Part shown: positions 49,266-59,581 of the stretch, in pieces
How positions within the stretch are numbered: position 1 is the stretch's first letter
How the letters are laid out: each line of letters begins with the position of its first letter
Assembly (NCBI GenBank): GCA_043228905.1
Contig: JBHGNT010000021.1
Location: 7,378,001 to 7,442,000 of the forward strand
Length of the DNA stretch: 64,000 nt
From: Azolla caroliniana
Taxonomy: Eukaryota > Plantae > Polypodiophyta
Direction: 5' to 3'
The notes under the pieces: model-generated
Told to the model about the DNA's origin: nothing
Seen by the model: the letters and a program-made list of their open reading frames with translations, nothing else
Database searches by the model: none
Translations under genes and position numbers: made by a program

Positions 49266-52200
49266 TCATTCCCCGCCCGTCGGTTCTTCCTCGGTTTTGG
49301 ATCGTTCGTCGTTCCGGTCCAGGTTAACCGTATCCGGCTCGTCGTCGTGACTCTTCTTGAACGCTTTGATCCGCTTCCCAGCTACCGGTATCGCCATTCT
49401 CGTGCCGTCGAGTTCCGCCAGATGGTACGTCCCATTGTCGTTGGCGCTTTGTACCACGTAAGGCCCGAACCACCTTCTTGCGAACTTCTGTGTTGCTCGG
49501 TGCTGGTTGTCGAGGCTACTGTCATAGACTAGCACCCAGTCGCCTTCCTCGATCTTCGTCGGTCGTAGCCGGTGCGTTCGGTCGAACCGGGCTTTGTTCC
49601 TCGTCCTTGCCACCCAAAGCTTTTCCGTAGCCTGCTCTACGTCCTCCAGTCTTCTCTCGAGCTGCCTTATGCACGCCGCCAACAGTTCCTCCCGGCTCAT
49701 TTCGACTCTCCAGTCCACGGTTGTCCATGAGGGGATCGTACGTTCCATCGGCATGATCGACTTCTGCCCAAACATGAGCTCTGCCGGCATGAATCCGGTT
49801 ACCGAACTGTGCGTAGTTCGGTCAGCCCATAATGCGTAAGGCAGCAGCCGCGGCCAGTTCCGGACTTGACCTCCGCATGCCCGAACTAACGCCTTGATGA
49901 TCGGTGTGTGTCCGCGCTCCACCTTCCCATTCACCTCCGGGTTGTACGCAGTGGTAAGCGAGAGCTTGACTCCTAGCCGGTCGAACAGCTCCTCGGCCTC
50001 TTCGGCGTCCAACTCCCCGCGATCAGCCACGATCTTCCCGACGCACCCGTACCGGCATATCACGTCCTCGATCAAGAACCGACATACGGCCGCGGTCGTC
50101 TTGTTCTGAAGGGCTCGGCCTTCCACCTGGTTCGTCAAATCTTCCCGAGCCAGGACCAGATACCGCATCTGTCCTATCCCCATCGGCATCGTCACCAGAT
50201 CTACCATCCATTTGAAGTGGATGGTCGGAGGGTACGTAGGGTGAAGCTCGTCCCGATGCCGGACTATGGAGTGCATCTGACAGCTCTCGCAAGTTGTCAC
50301 GAACCGATGCACGTCCTGGTACAGCCCCGGCCACCAGTACTTCCCTTTTATCTTCTCGAACGTGGCCCACGTTCCACGGTGTCCAGCCCAAGGGCTGTCG
50401 TGGTAGGCCGTCAGCAGCTCCTCCTGTTCTCCCTTCATCGCCACCACCCGGAGCGGGACGTCGTTCCTCTTCTTCGGGTGCTTCCATAAGTATCCGTCCC
50501 GGAGAAAGAACCGGTATGCTTTCTTCCGGATCCGGTTGGTCTCGTCCCTCGTCCACGACGTATCCGGCGTCATTGTCCTCAAGAAACCACCGATCTGTAG
50601 CCACTCGCCGTCATACTTGCTCTCGTCGAAGCCGTTAAGCGCCGGAGTGCCCGTCCCATCGGTCATCACGTACGTTGCTTCGAAGAAGTCCACGCCGACT
50701 TCTTCGTCCTTCGAAACCATGCCGCCCTCGTCATCAAACCTCACCCTCGAAAGCATGTCGGCCATGGCGTTGTCCTTTCCGGAAATTTGCCGTATTTCCG
50801 GGTCCAGGGACTTGATGTAAGCTATCCACCTGAGCATCGCCAGGTCTGATGTTGCGCATCCGGAAACCATGCCGAGAATTGGTAGGCAATCCGTCTCGAT
50901 AATCACTTCTGTCCCGATCAGGTAGTCTTTGTCGGCCTTTACTACCGAAACGATACCCCAGAGTTCGCGTTTAACCTGGGCGTACCCTCGCTGTCAATCA
51001 CTGAGGACCTTTGCGCCGAATCGGATCGGGAACCGGGTGCCGTCCTTGTCTTCTTGGTTGACGACCCATCCGATCCCGGTCGGGCTCGTATCCACCGTTA
51101 TGTATACCAGGGTACCCTTCTCGTAGACAGCCTTCCGGAGCGCCGGTGCTGCCGCAAGAGCTTCCTTTAGCTTCCGGACCGACTCCGTGTGCTCGTCTCG
51201 CCACTCAAATTTTCGCCCCTTTTTCAGCAACCCGTATAGCGGCTCCGCAACGTGGGCGTAATGCGGGATCCATATGTGGTAGAACGCGCATGCCCCCAGG
51301 AACCTCCGAACTTCCATAACCGAGCTACAGTCGGTCTTCATCGCGGAGATGGCTTCTACCTTTGCCGGAGACGGCTTCCGGCCATACGGTTCACACAGGT
51401 GTCCGACCACCAGGATTTCTGATTGCCCGAAGGCCGATTTCTCCCCGGAGAAGGTGAGCCTCGTATCCTCTAGCCTTTGTAGCACCTTCTCACAGTCGTC
51501 GATGTGTGTTGCCACGAATCGTCGGCATCCGTCCGGCCCGACTGTCTCGTCCTTCTCTTCCACCGGGCACCCCTTTATCGGGATGTCCAGAAATGGCATG
51601 GTGATGTCCGGGATGCAATCCCTCAGTACCTTGTTCATTGCATTCACCATGTGGGCCACCGAGTTGGTCCCTCCTTGTGGCAGGGTACACATTCGCACTA
51701 GGCCGAGGGGAGTTCGCATCGTCGTAATGTCTCTGCTCTCCACGGCTAGCTGGAACTGGTCGTACCCTGAGTACAGATCACCGACCGAGTAAATCGACCT
51801 TCCGGCGAAGGCCTCCGCGAACTCGTCTATGGTCGGCCCGATTCCTGCGTTCCGAATGGTCACTCTATTGACCGGCTGCAGATCCTGAATGAAGCGCAAT
51901 GTTCCGTTTTTCTTTGGTACGGTAAACCATCGGTTCGAGTATGGCTCGCTCGACAGTTCGAGAATACCCATATCGACTTTCTGCCTCAGTAGGTCCATCA
52001 ACTCCGGGATGTGAGCTCTCGGTACTGGAATCGGCTTGAGATTCCACGGCACATGCGGTACCATGAATATCACCATCGGCTCCACGATCGTCGGGTCTAC
52101 GCACCCGATCTCTTCCGGTGAGAATGCGAAGGCCTTTCCGTGCCTTCCGAGCATTCTCCGAAACCGGTCTTCCTCCACCGACAGTAGGAACCCGCCCCCA

Positions 52201-52766
52201 CCGATCTTGAGCTCCCGGAGCGTCCCGTCTGTGAAGGTGTGTCCTATGCAGGCCGGATCTCGTAAACTGGGGTCCGACGCAACCCCTCTAATTCGGGACT
52301 CGCTGCCCTCCGATAAGGGTGCCGTGACTAGCCTTACCTTCCGGTCCACAGTCTTGTACTTCGTGCTAACTCGGGCCGTCCGATCCGACCGGAGCCCATG
52401 ACTGAAGTTCGCGATGACTTCGTACATCTCTTCGGAACATACCGGTATCGTCCGGTCTTCGTTAAGGTCTTCTCCGGCTACCTTCCTCAGCATCCCCAAG
52501 GTGTCGTCGAAGGAGACCGCCTCCACGGCCCCACTGATTTCCTCGTCCGGGCCGAGAACTCCGCACGCTCGAAGTCGCTCCTCCGCCCTTGCCCTTTCTC
52601 GACCAACGATGCCGACTATCATACACCCTCCGTTGTTGGAGAAGCAGAATTTTCCACATGTCGTACAAGGTTTCTTCGGTTTCGGTTCTATCGTACAGCT
52701 GTGGGGTCTTTCCCGAGTGTCCGGACTGTCTCGGCCCCACGCCTTGGCAGCCCTCTCTAAAAATCC
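49266..52766 (-). pseudogene. pol: Pol (RT-RNase H-integrase) in the -1 frame relative to gag; frameshift near 50995; one RT catalytic Asp deleted
   Basis: DLYSGYDQ, LPQGGTNS, PFLDIPIKG (PFLDD in the copy near 30110), VDTSPTGIG, HDSPWAGH...CESC, DRGE, KVERGH, GPY; no chromodomain. Confidence 0.92.
52697..52766 (-). promoter_or_regulatory. Candidate -1 ribosomal frameshift signal (G GAT TTT plus downstream stem-loop)
   Basis: Heptamer 52766-52760 immediately before the gag stop; GTGGGG/CCCCAC and CCGAG/CTCGG nested stems downstream. Confidence 0.65.
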
Positions 52767-54865
52767 TCCCGGTTCTCGCCACCGAGGGATTCGCGGTTTC
52801 GCTCGTGGTTCGGTCGCATCGTCAGAAATTGGACCGAATGGCGCCCATCCTGGCTTTTGACCCTCGCGTAGGCCGAACCATTGTCTAACACCTTGGTCTC
52901 CATTCGCGCCGCCGTGATGTATGGTTCCCCTAATATGACCGGGTGCGAGGACGTCTCCTGTACGAAGAAGTGCTGGTCGATCTCGACGTCGCCGATCTTG
53001 ACTCGCACGTTCGGGCAGGCCCCGTGCAGTTCCTCGGTGGCGCGCGTCGCCGCCCGTATCTTCCACCTGTGCTTGGTGTTGATCGGCCACTTTCCCTTCT
53101 TATAGAAGTCCATGGACATTAGGTTTATTTCCGAACCGTGGTCCACCAGTGCCACCACCGGTTCCTGAACATCTCCGATCTTTACCGGGGTCTCCATGGT
53201 CGCTCGGGCCCAGTGTGGCCTCGAATAGTGGCTCTCCACCCACTCATCTTCCAGCGCCAAGTCGTCGATGTGCGTCGTCTGCACCTCCACCGGTCTTTCC
53301 GGTTCCGTCTCCGTCGATAGCCTCTTCCGTTTCACCAAGTCCACAATGGAGTCGTGGAACTCCTTCTTGGCGATCCCTAGCACCTCCCGCAATGACAGCT
53401 CCACCTTGTTGTCGAGGATCCATTCTTCTAGGACCTTTCGTAGGTCCGTGGTCCTTTCTATTTCCGTCCCCAGTCGGTATCCGCCCTTCCTGGGGTTATC
53501 TGGCGCGCTGGACCCATCGGCTTCGTTCCGTCGTTGCCCGAATCGGGTCTCGTATCGTTGTGAGGGCCCGGCCGCTCCGGCTTTCCCCACTTGTTTGTCT
53601 TCTACCAAAGCCTCGTAGTTTCGGCAGGCGGCTTCTACGAAGCCCGTCTTCTCCTCGACCGGGTCGCTCCACCCGGTTATTTCCCGGACCCGTCTCTCAG
53701 CGCGGTCCGCTTCATCTTTCCTCGGCCGTGCACCGGCGAGGCCTTCCAGCATTGCCGACCAGAATCCGTCTTTGCTCTCCTTTCGGGCCTCGCTGCCCCC
53801 GACCCGAATACCGGCCGACGCCGAGTAGTGGATGGCCTCCACGTGTCGGGCCGCTGCCTCTTCCATCAGTCTCTTCATACCTCCTCGCCCGTTGTTTCGG
53901 TTTAGCGCCCTTCTGGTATCGCCGGCGTGCACCCGGCCTTCCCACAGGTACACCACCCGGTTCCTCAACGCCTCAGCAAAATCGCCGCAGTCCTTCCGAA
54001 TGTGGCCGACCTCGTCGCACCACATGCACCTATTCCCGACTACCGGCCGTCGGTCACAAGCCGGTTTGCCGCCTTCCCTTCGAGTCTGGGCGATCTGGAG
54101 ATCCTTTATCGCCCGCGTCAACTCCTCCAACGCTGCTCCTCCGGTCGAGCCATTGACCACGCCGGTCGAAGCCGAACCGGTCTCGAGCCACTCCCGGGCC
54201 TCTTCCCTTCGTCCTTGCGGTGCCGGTTCAAGCCTCCTTGTTGTAACAGAGCCTGCACCGGCCGCCCCGTCATCAGCCCATTCTCGCCGTTTGTCGAAAC
54301 GGCCACATACTCTCTTAACCGCAGCCCAGTCGGTCGTCAGCCCGTCTTCGGTTTCCAGCAAGGAGCCGACTTGATCCCAGTCCCGCTCGTCCACCGACTT
54401 GACGAACAGTAGGACCCGGCTCGTATCCAGAACGGTTCGGTCAAGCGCCGAAAGGCGCGCAAAGCGTTCCTCAAACTCCCGGAGGAGTGCCGACGCGTTT
54501 CTTCCCTTGCCGGGGGACTCCACCCACTCCATGAAGTCCCGTTTCGAAAGCCGGAGCGCGTCGTCCAGCCCGTATTTTTCTAGGAGTCGACCTTCGAACT
54601 CCACCCGCACCTCAAGCACCTCCGCATGGATGCTCGGCATCGCCACTCGAGGGAACCCGGCAAGACACCTCTCTTCCGGAATGTCCCGCATCAGCATTTC
54701 TGCCCCGTAGGACGCCAAATACTTCGTGGCATCCTTTCCGCTGAACCGGCCGATCGTACCGACGACCGCCTCAATGGCTCTGTCGAGGGTGTCGGAGCCC
54801 TCGCGTGCACTCAATATCCGATCCACGGCCGAAGCCATGGCCTCCGCAAGATCCGACCCTTTCAT
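52757..54865 (-). CDS. gag: Gag-protease ORF (702 aa)
   Basis: Zinc knuckle CMWCDEVGHIRKDC; aspartic protease ALVDHGSEINLM. Confidence 0.92.
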   Translation of the reverse strand: MKGSDLAEAMASAVDRILSAREGSDTLDRAIEAVVGTIGRFSGKDATKYLASYGAEMLMRDIPEERCLAGFPRVAMPSIHAEVLEVRVEFEGRLLEKYGLDDALRLSKRDFMEWVESPGKGRNASALLREFEERFARLSALDRTVLDTSRVLLFVKSVDERDWDQVGSLLETEDGLTTDWAAVKRVCGRFDKRREWADDGAAGAGSVTTRRLEPAPQGRREEAREWLETGSASTGVVNGSTGGAALEELTRAIKDLQIAQTRREGGKPACDRRPVVGNRCMWCDEVGHIRKDCGDFAEALRNRVVYLWEGRVHAGDTRRALNRNNGRGGMKRLMEEAAARHVEAIHYSASAGIRVGGSEARKESKDGFWSAMLEGLAGARPRKDEADRAERRVREITGWSDPVEEKTGFVEAACRNYEALVEDKQVGKAGAAGPSQRYETRFGQRRNEADGSSAPDNPRKGGYRLGTEIERTTDLRKVLEEWILDNKVELSLREVLGIAKKEFHDSIVDLVKRKRLSTETEPERPVEVQTTHIDDLALEDEWVESHYSRPHWARATMETPVKIGDVQEPVVALVDHGSEINLMSMDFYKKGKWPINTKHRWKIRAATRATEELHGACPNVRVKIGDVEIDQHFFVQETSSHPVILGEPYITAARMETKVLDNGSAYARVKSQDGRHSVQFLTMRPNHERNRESLGGENREDF

Positions 54866-56042
54866 CTTCTACTCTTCTGCCGCCTCCTTCACGTCGGGTT
54901 CACCAAGATGTCGAGGTACTCCTCGCGGATGCGTGGAATGAGGCGGGACCTCGGGGGTCTTGTACCGAAGAGCAATAGGGAAAGGAGAAGGGAAGGGACC
55001 CACTACGTGCGAGCGTAGATCCACAGGGACACGGCCCTTCGACACGAAGATGCGAGCGGGGAAACCAACACAGAGAGGCACAACGGTATGTAAGTATATA
55101 TTAACAGAGACAAACAACAAAAGCACGAAGTCGGTTACAACCGAACAGGCCGGCGAACAGATGCCAATGCCTGTTCGCAAACGCTCAAAAAGGAGGGAGT
55201 AGGTGGGAGGTGCTGCTGGAAGCACTCGGGCATTCCTCAGAGCAGCGCGAGCCTCACGAAACCTGCACAGAAAGAAGCTACGGAGTATGGAAGAGAGAGA
55301 AGCCTTCGACCGACAACCCAACAGCACTTCGTCCTCTCTGATTCCACGATCCCTTCCTCCTCCTCGTCTCCCTCCTTTTATAGGCAAGCAGGGAGCCGTT
55401 TCCTATTAACTTCCTACCTACCGAATCTACCTACCTAGGATCTTCCATGTCCCTAATTCTCTCTTATGTACAACACAAGGCGTACGTGCATGAAGAGCCG
55501 GTGCCTATGCTCCGGCGCACCGATTCCGCTCGTGGACGGTTTTCTTCACGACAACGTGTCTTACCGACACCTGAAGGTGTTCAGTTGTCTCGCTTATATG
55601 CATGTAGAAAAGGTCAAGAGAGAGAATTTGGATCCGAATTCCCGGCCATGCATATACCTTGGATATGGAGATGATGAGTTCGGCTACCGAGTGTGGGACT
55701 TGGTCAACAAGAAGGTATTCTGGAGTCAAGACATAGTCTTCATGGAAGACAAGAATATTGCCGACTGGGAGTTGGAGAAGAAGATAACGGACTCCGGATC
55801 GACTGGTAGAGATCGGTCGAAAGACACAAGGACCCATCCAGCCGGAAGCCGAACGACACTCAAAGAACCGGCCAATGTCGGACAAGAATCCAAACCGATT
55901 GAAGAAGAAGAGTTGGACACCAGAACCGGACAAGACCCCGAATCAAATTCGGATGAAGAACATACTACGGAACCAGTGGTAAGAGCCCCCGGGAGATTTC
56001 CGGACGTAGAGCATGTGTTGTTGACTGACAAGGGAGAGTCGG

Positions 56043-57046
56043 TGTCATGGTGTGGTGTGTCCAGTGTGAGAAAAAGCAAGGCTCCACTCACATCTCATGA
56101 AATAATCCAGAAATATAAATAATAATAATAATAATAACTTGTAGTAGTTTAGTGGTTAAGGCTCATAAGTATATATAGAGAGGTGTGGAGTTCAAGTCTC
56201 TCTTGTTACAAATCAAGTAATATTTTGCTCCCCTTCCATTTTTGTGATAAATAAATAAAAGCATGCAATGTAAAAATAGGCGCCTTTTTCTTCTATAAGA
56301 TGGGAGGAATAGGGCTTATTCGAGGGTCACCCAACTTGCCTTAGGGGTGTACCACTAGGGTTTCATCATCTTCTCATCTTCTTCTTGGGTTAGGGTTTCG
56401 TAACCTCCCTTTCTCCTTATCCCTTTTTCCTTCTTCTTTTTCTTGTACAGTTAGGGTTTTAGAGCTTCTTCTTTCTACTTTTCTATCTTTCTCCTAAACA
56501 TATTAGAGAACTCGAGGTTTAGGGTTTTATGTTCCTTATGAGCGTGTAGGGTTCATCTTTCTTATGAGTTTTAGGGTTGTGAATTTTGCATCCACTTGTG
56601 AGCTAGGGTTTGGGTTTGGGTTCCTTATACAACGACTTCTTCAACATCTCCATGGTGGTCAACTCGGTGGCACGAGAGCTACTCCGAATCGAGGCAACAT
56701 AGCCGTCGGAAGTAGTCGAGCTCGGAGCCCACTAGACTCATCTTCATCAGATTATTTTCAGCCACTTGTGTGTTGATTAGCCATTTTTTAATAATGATGA
56801 AACTATTTCTATGTAAAAAAATCACCAAATCGTGGTATCTAACCTAACTGTTGTACAAACCCTAATTTTTGCAACATAACTCTTGTATATTTTTGTCTAC
56901 ATTTCTCCCTAACCTCGTGCGTATTCTCCTTAAACATTTGCTAATCGTGGTGGCGAATCTCCCACTATCCTCACTTCTTTTGTCTCCCCGGTCCAAGGCC
57001 CCGGCGGCCCCTTTCGAGCGACAGACACACGCAAAACTTTGCGACA
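56043..57046 (+). repeat. Solo LTR (1004 bp), gypsy clade
   Basis: TGTC...CGACA; flanks TCGG/CTAG both derivable from CCGG, which restores the host codons GEPES. Confidence 0.85.
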
Positions 57047-57527
57047 CTAGAAAGCTTCGAAGAAGCAAAGAAAGACACCCACATCTGCAAGTGGTTAAGT
57101 GCCATGCAGGATGAGATGGATTCCCTGCATGAGAACCATCCATATGAGCTGATGGAGCTGCTGAAGGGAAAGAGAGCGCTCTGGAACAAGTGGGTGTACA
57201 AGATGAAACTGGGAGACGCTAGAAATCCACCGAGATACAAAGCCTGAATCGTGGTGAAGGGGTTTCAACAGAATAAAGGAGTGGATTTTGATGAGATCTT
57301 TGCCCCGATAGTTAAGATGACATCCATCTGGACGGTGTTGAGCATCGCAGCGAGCATGGACCTCGAGGTAGAGCAATTAGACATCAAGATGGCGTTCCTA
57401 CATTGTGACCTCTAAGAAGAGATCTACATGCAGCAACCGGAGGGGTTTGTCAAGAAAGGGAAGGAGCACCTGGTGTGCCGGTTGAAGAAGAGCTTATACG
57501 GACTGAAGCAAGCTCCTCAGCAATGGT

Positions 57528-58143
57528 ACCGGAAGTTCGACTCCTTCATGACCGACCAAGGATACCACATGACACAGGCCGACCACTGCGTATTTGTGAA
57601 GAAGTTCGACGGAGGAAACTTCCTGATACTACTGTTGTATGTGGATGACATGTTGATCGTCGAACCAAACCAAACCAAAATTGGGAATCTGAAGAAGGCC
57701 TTGAACCGGACCTTCCCAATGAAACATTTGGGTTCGGTGAGACAAATATTGGGGATGCACATAGTCGAAGACCGAACAAAGAAAATATTGTGGCTGTCAC
57801 AAGAGAAGTACGTGACAAAGGTGCTCCAACGATTCACCGAAAGTTGGACTCTTTCATGACCGACCAAGGATACCACATGACGTAGGCTGACCATTGCGTA
57901 TTTTTGAAGAAGTTCGACGGAGGAGACTTCCTGATACTACTGTTGTATGTGGATGACATGTTGATCGTCAGACCGAACCAAACCAAAATCGGGAATCTGA
58001 AGAAGGCCTTGAACCGAACCTTCCCAATGAATGATTTGGGTTCGGCGAGACAAATATTGGGGATGCACATAGTCCGGGACCGGACAAAGAAAATATTGTG
58101 GTTGTCACAAGAAATGTACGTGACAAAGGTGCTCCAACGATTC
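57528..58143 (+). repeat. 308-bp tandem duplication within copia RT
   Basis: 57528-57835 repeated at 57836-58143; YVDDML present twice. Confidence 0.93.
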
Positions 58144-59041
58144 AGCATGTCGGATGTGAAGCCGGTTGGGTCAACACTTCATGCAAACTACAAGCTGTTC
58201 GGAAAGCAAAGTCCGAAGACCAAGACGGAGAAGTCAGAGATGATGAAGATTCCATATGCCTCCGCCGTCGGGAGCTTGATGTACAAAATGGTGTGTACGC
58301 GGCCAGATATTGGATATGTTGTCGAAATGGTCAGTCGGTTCATGAGCAATCCGAGAAGAGAACACTAGACTGCAGTCAAGTGGATTCTCCGGTACTTGAA
58401 AGGCACTTCGAGTATGTGCCTCCGATTCGGCTCAAGAAAACCCCAACTTGAAGGATTCACGAATTTGGATATGTCGGCTGATGCGGATATGAGCCGGTCA
58501 ACGTTCGGATATGTTATGACAAATGTCGGGGGAGCATGCGTGATACAGAAAGTTTTTCTGTTGTAACCGCCAGTTGGCGAAGACATAGGGCTCAAGGTCA
58601 TTGCCTCTGAGTCTCGCATTGTATCCTCTTCTTATAGTGACAATTGGAGTCTATGGGCTCCTATGGTTTGTCCCTATTAGGGTTTTCCACGTTAACATAT
58701 TGTATCTATCTTATTTCTATTTTCTGTTTTCTTCCATTGAGTGTTTAAGACTCAATTGTGGTTGAGAACCATTTCCGCATAGAAATAATATGCCATCCAA
58801 TCTAAAAGTGCCATGGCTCCATGAAGTCAACCTATTGTTGGGTTGGATAGATATTGAAACATGATGAAAATACTAGTGAAGCACACATAGTATACCAAAA
58901 CCCTAATGTGGCACATTAGCCTTTATATCCATTTATTGTAGATGAATTTGATACGGTAGAGGTCGCATCACATTCCAACTTATTAATACACATAAAACAA
59001 TTACCTTGTAGTGTCATGAAAAGCCAACTAAGGGAGATCAT

Positions 59042-59581
59042 CAAATGAGATCCAAGCAGGTACTTCCACTGTTGTTGCATGACCATATAATCATTTCATG
59101 CCTTTAACCTATGCCAAAAGTAAGCAATATTCTATGTTAGGAGTGAAGGAACCACAATTATGTATCTATATGGGCACAAATGAGATCCAAGCAGGTACTT
59201 CCACTGTTGTTGCATGACCATATAATCATTTCATGCCTTTAACCTATGCCAAAAGTAAGCAATATTCTATGTTAGGAGTGAAGGAACCACAATTATGTAT
59301 CTATATGGGCACAAATGAGATCCAAGCAGGTACTTCCACTGTTGTTGCATGACCATATAATCATTTCATGCCTTTAACCTATGCCAAAAGTAAGCAATAT
59401 TCTATGTTAGGAGTGAAGGAACCACAATTATGTATCTATATGGGCACAAATGAGATCCAAGCAGGTACTTCCACTGTTGTTGCATGACCATATAATCATT
59501 TCATGCCTTTAACCTATGCCAAAAGTAAGCAATATTCTATGTTAGGAGTGAAGGAACCACAATTATGTATCTATATGGGCA
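59042..59581. repeat. 4 x 135-bp tandem repeat, apparently identical units
   Basis: CAAATGAGATCCAAGCAGG at 59042, 59177, 59312, 59447. Confidence 0.97.

Larger units (their letters stand above)
48548..55553 (-). mobile_element. Near-intact 7.0-kb Trp-primed non-chromoviral Ty3/gypsy element
   Basis: 645-bp LTRs 48548-49192 and 54909-55553 (about 15 differences by eye); PBS 54888-54905; PPT 49193-49205; perfect TSD ACGT. Confidence 0.97.
46972..58790 (+). mobile_element. Decayed Ty1/copia element (Tork/Tnt1-like pol) interrupted by three gypsy-clade insertions; RNase H deleted into a partial 3' LTR
   Basis: Integrase CIDCLAGK...DLVHT...; the frame rejoins across insertions (LARAKLP, GRDVSYRHL, GEPESFEEA); RT LLLYVDDML, PYASAVGSLMY; LTR-type GGGTTTTCCACGT at 58680. 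Confidence 0.85.

Noticed and set aside
52767-53090. N-terminal part of ORF 50994-53090 as real protein
   Set aside because: It overlaps the protease in another frame; pol more likely starts at the frameshift site
53149-54412. Long plus-strand ORFs antisense to gag (and similar shadows over other pol genes)
   Set aside because: Pro/Ser/Arg-rich shadow frames expected opposite GC-rich coding sequence; no motifs
56340-56625. Interstitial telomere
   Set aside because: Motifs are dispersed single units within an LTR, not tandem TTTAGGG arrays
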